DNA of 64,000 nt. Origin: Lama guanicoe (lineage: Eukaryota). The translations under genes and the position numbers were made by a program. Position 1 is the first letter of the stretch; every line of letters begins with the position of its first letter. A model generated the notes under the pieces. That model searched no databases. It had not been told where the DNA came from and saw only the letters and a list, made by a program, of their open reading frames with translations. Positions 63,393 through 64,000 of the stretch are shown piece after piece. The stretch covers positions 2,383,567 through 2,447,566 of the forward strand of contig MU053629.1 of the NCBI GenBank assembly GCA_013239625.1. The letters run 5' to 3'.

Positions 63393-64000
63393 TGAACATT
63401 GTGTACACAGAACAGAGGCTCTGAGGCAGCAGCCCAGCTTCTGGACTAGGCTTCTCTACTGCTGAGCTCTGTGACCTCGGGCAAGTTACTCAACCTCTCT
63501 GAGCCTCATTTCCCACCTGTACACTGGGGATAGTATATACCTACTTTTTTACACTGCTGTGTGGATTAAATGCCTAGCATGGAGACCAGGACGTGACAGG
63601 AGCTCAGGACCCACTAGTGCCTTATTGTTGGGCACCTGACAGTTCACACAGCCCTTTTATAACTGTTACCTCAGAAAAATTCCCCCCATTTTACAGATGG
63701 GAGAGGTTCAGTGACTTTCCCAGGTCACAAGCTGATAAGACGCAAAGCTGAGTCTAGGAAGCCTATTCCTCTGACTCCAGAGCTCAGGGCCTGAAATGCT
63801 TGCCTTGCCCAGTGAGAGGGTCCCCAGCAGGAGCCCGGCTCTCAGAGCTGGGGCCTGAGTGGGACTCTGGGACAGGCCTCTTCTCCCTCACCGCTGCATT
63901 TTGTAAGTCGGCCATTAGAAATTCTCTGTGTCCTTTGAAAACAGGGGTTGTGGCCTTTCTTTAGGTGGGGAGTTGGTGTTTTGTTTTGTTTTTCATTTTT

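Overview
Mammalian genomic DNA, most likely from a camelid, judging by the tRNA-derived SINE type and young L1 3' tails. The window holds the last two coding exons and ~1.9 kb 3' UTR of PLEKHO2 (+). A ~41 kb repeat-rich intergenic region follows, then the CpG-island promoter and first eight coding exons of ANKDD1A (+), mostly one ankyrin repeat per phase-0 exon. Features absent from the ORF track: a 5'-truncated, disabled METTL2 processed pseudogene (-, ~36.1-36.5 kb); several solo ERV LTRs, two with exact 4-bp TSDs and one with a 50/54-bp higher-order U3 repeat array; an orphan CpG island with a perfect STAT site and a splice donor; several nested or odd retro-insertions; and PLEKHO2 exon starts that regenerate 5' splice sites. 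Gene and repeat-family names come from recognising the sequence, not from database searches. Most listed ORFs are spurious. I see no convincing wholly new biological system; the findings are testable hypotheses.
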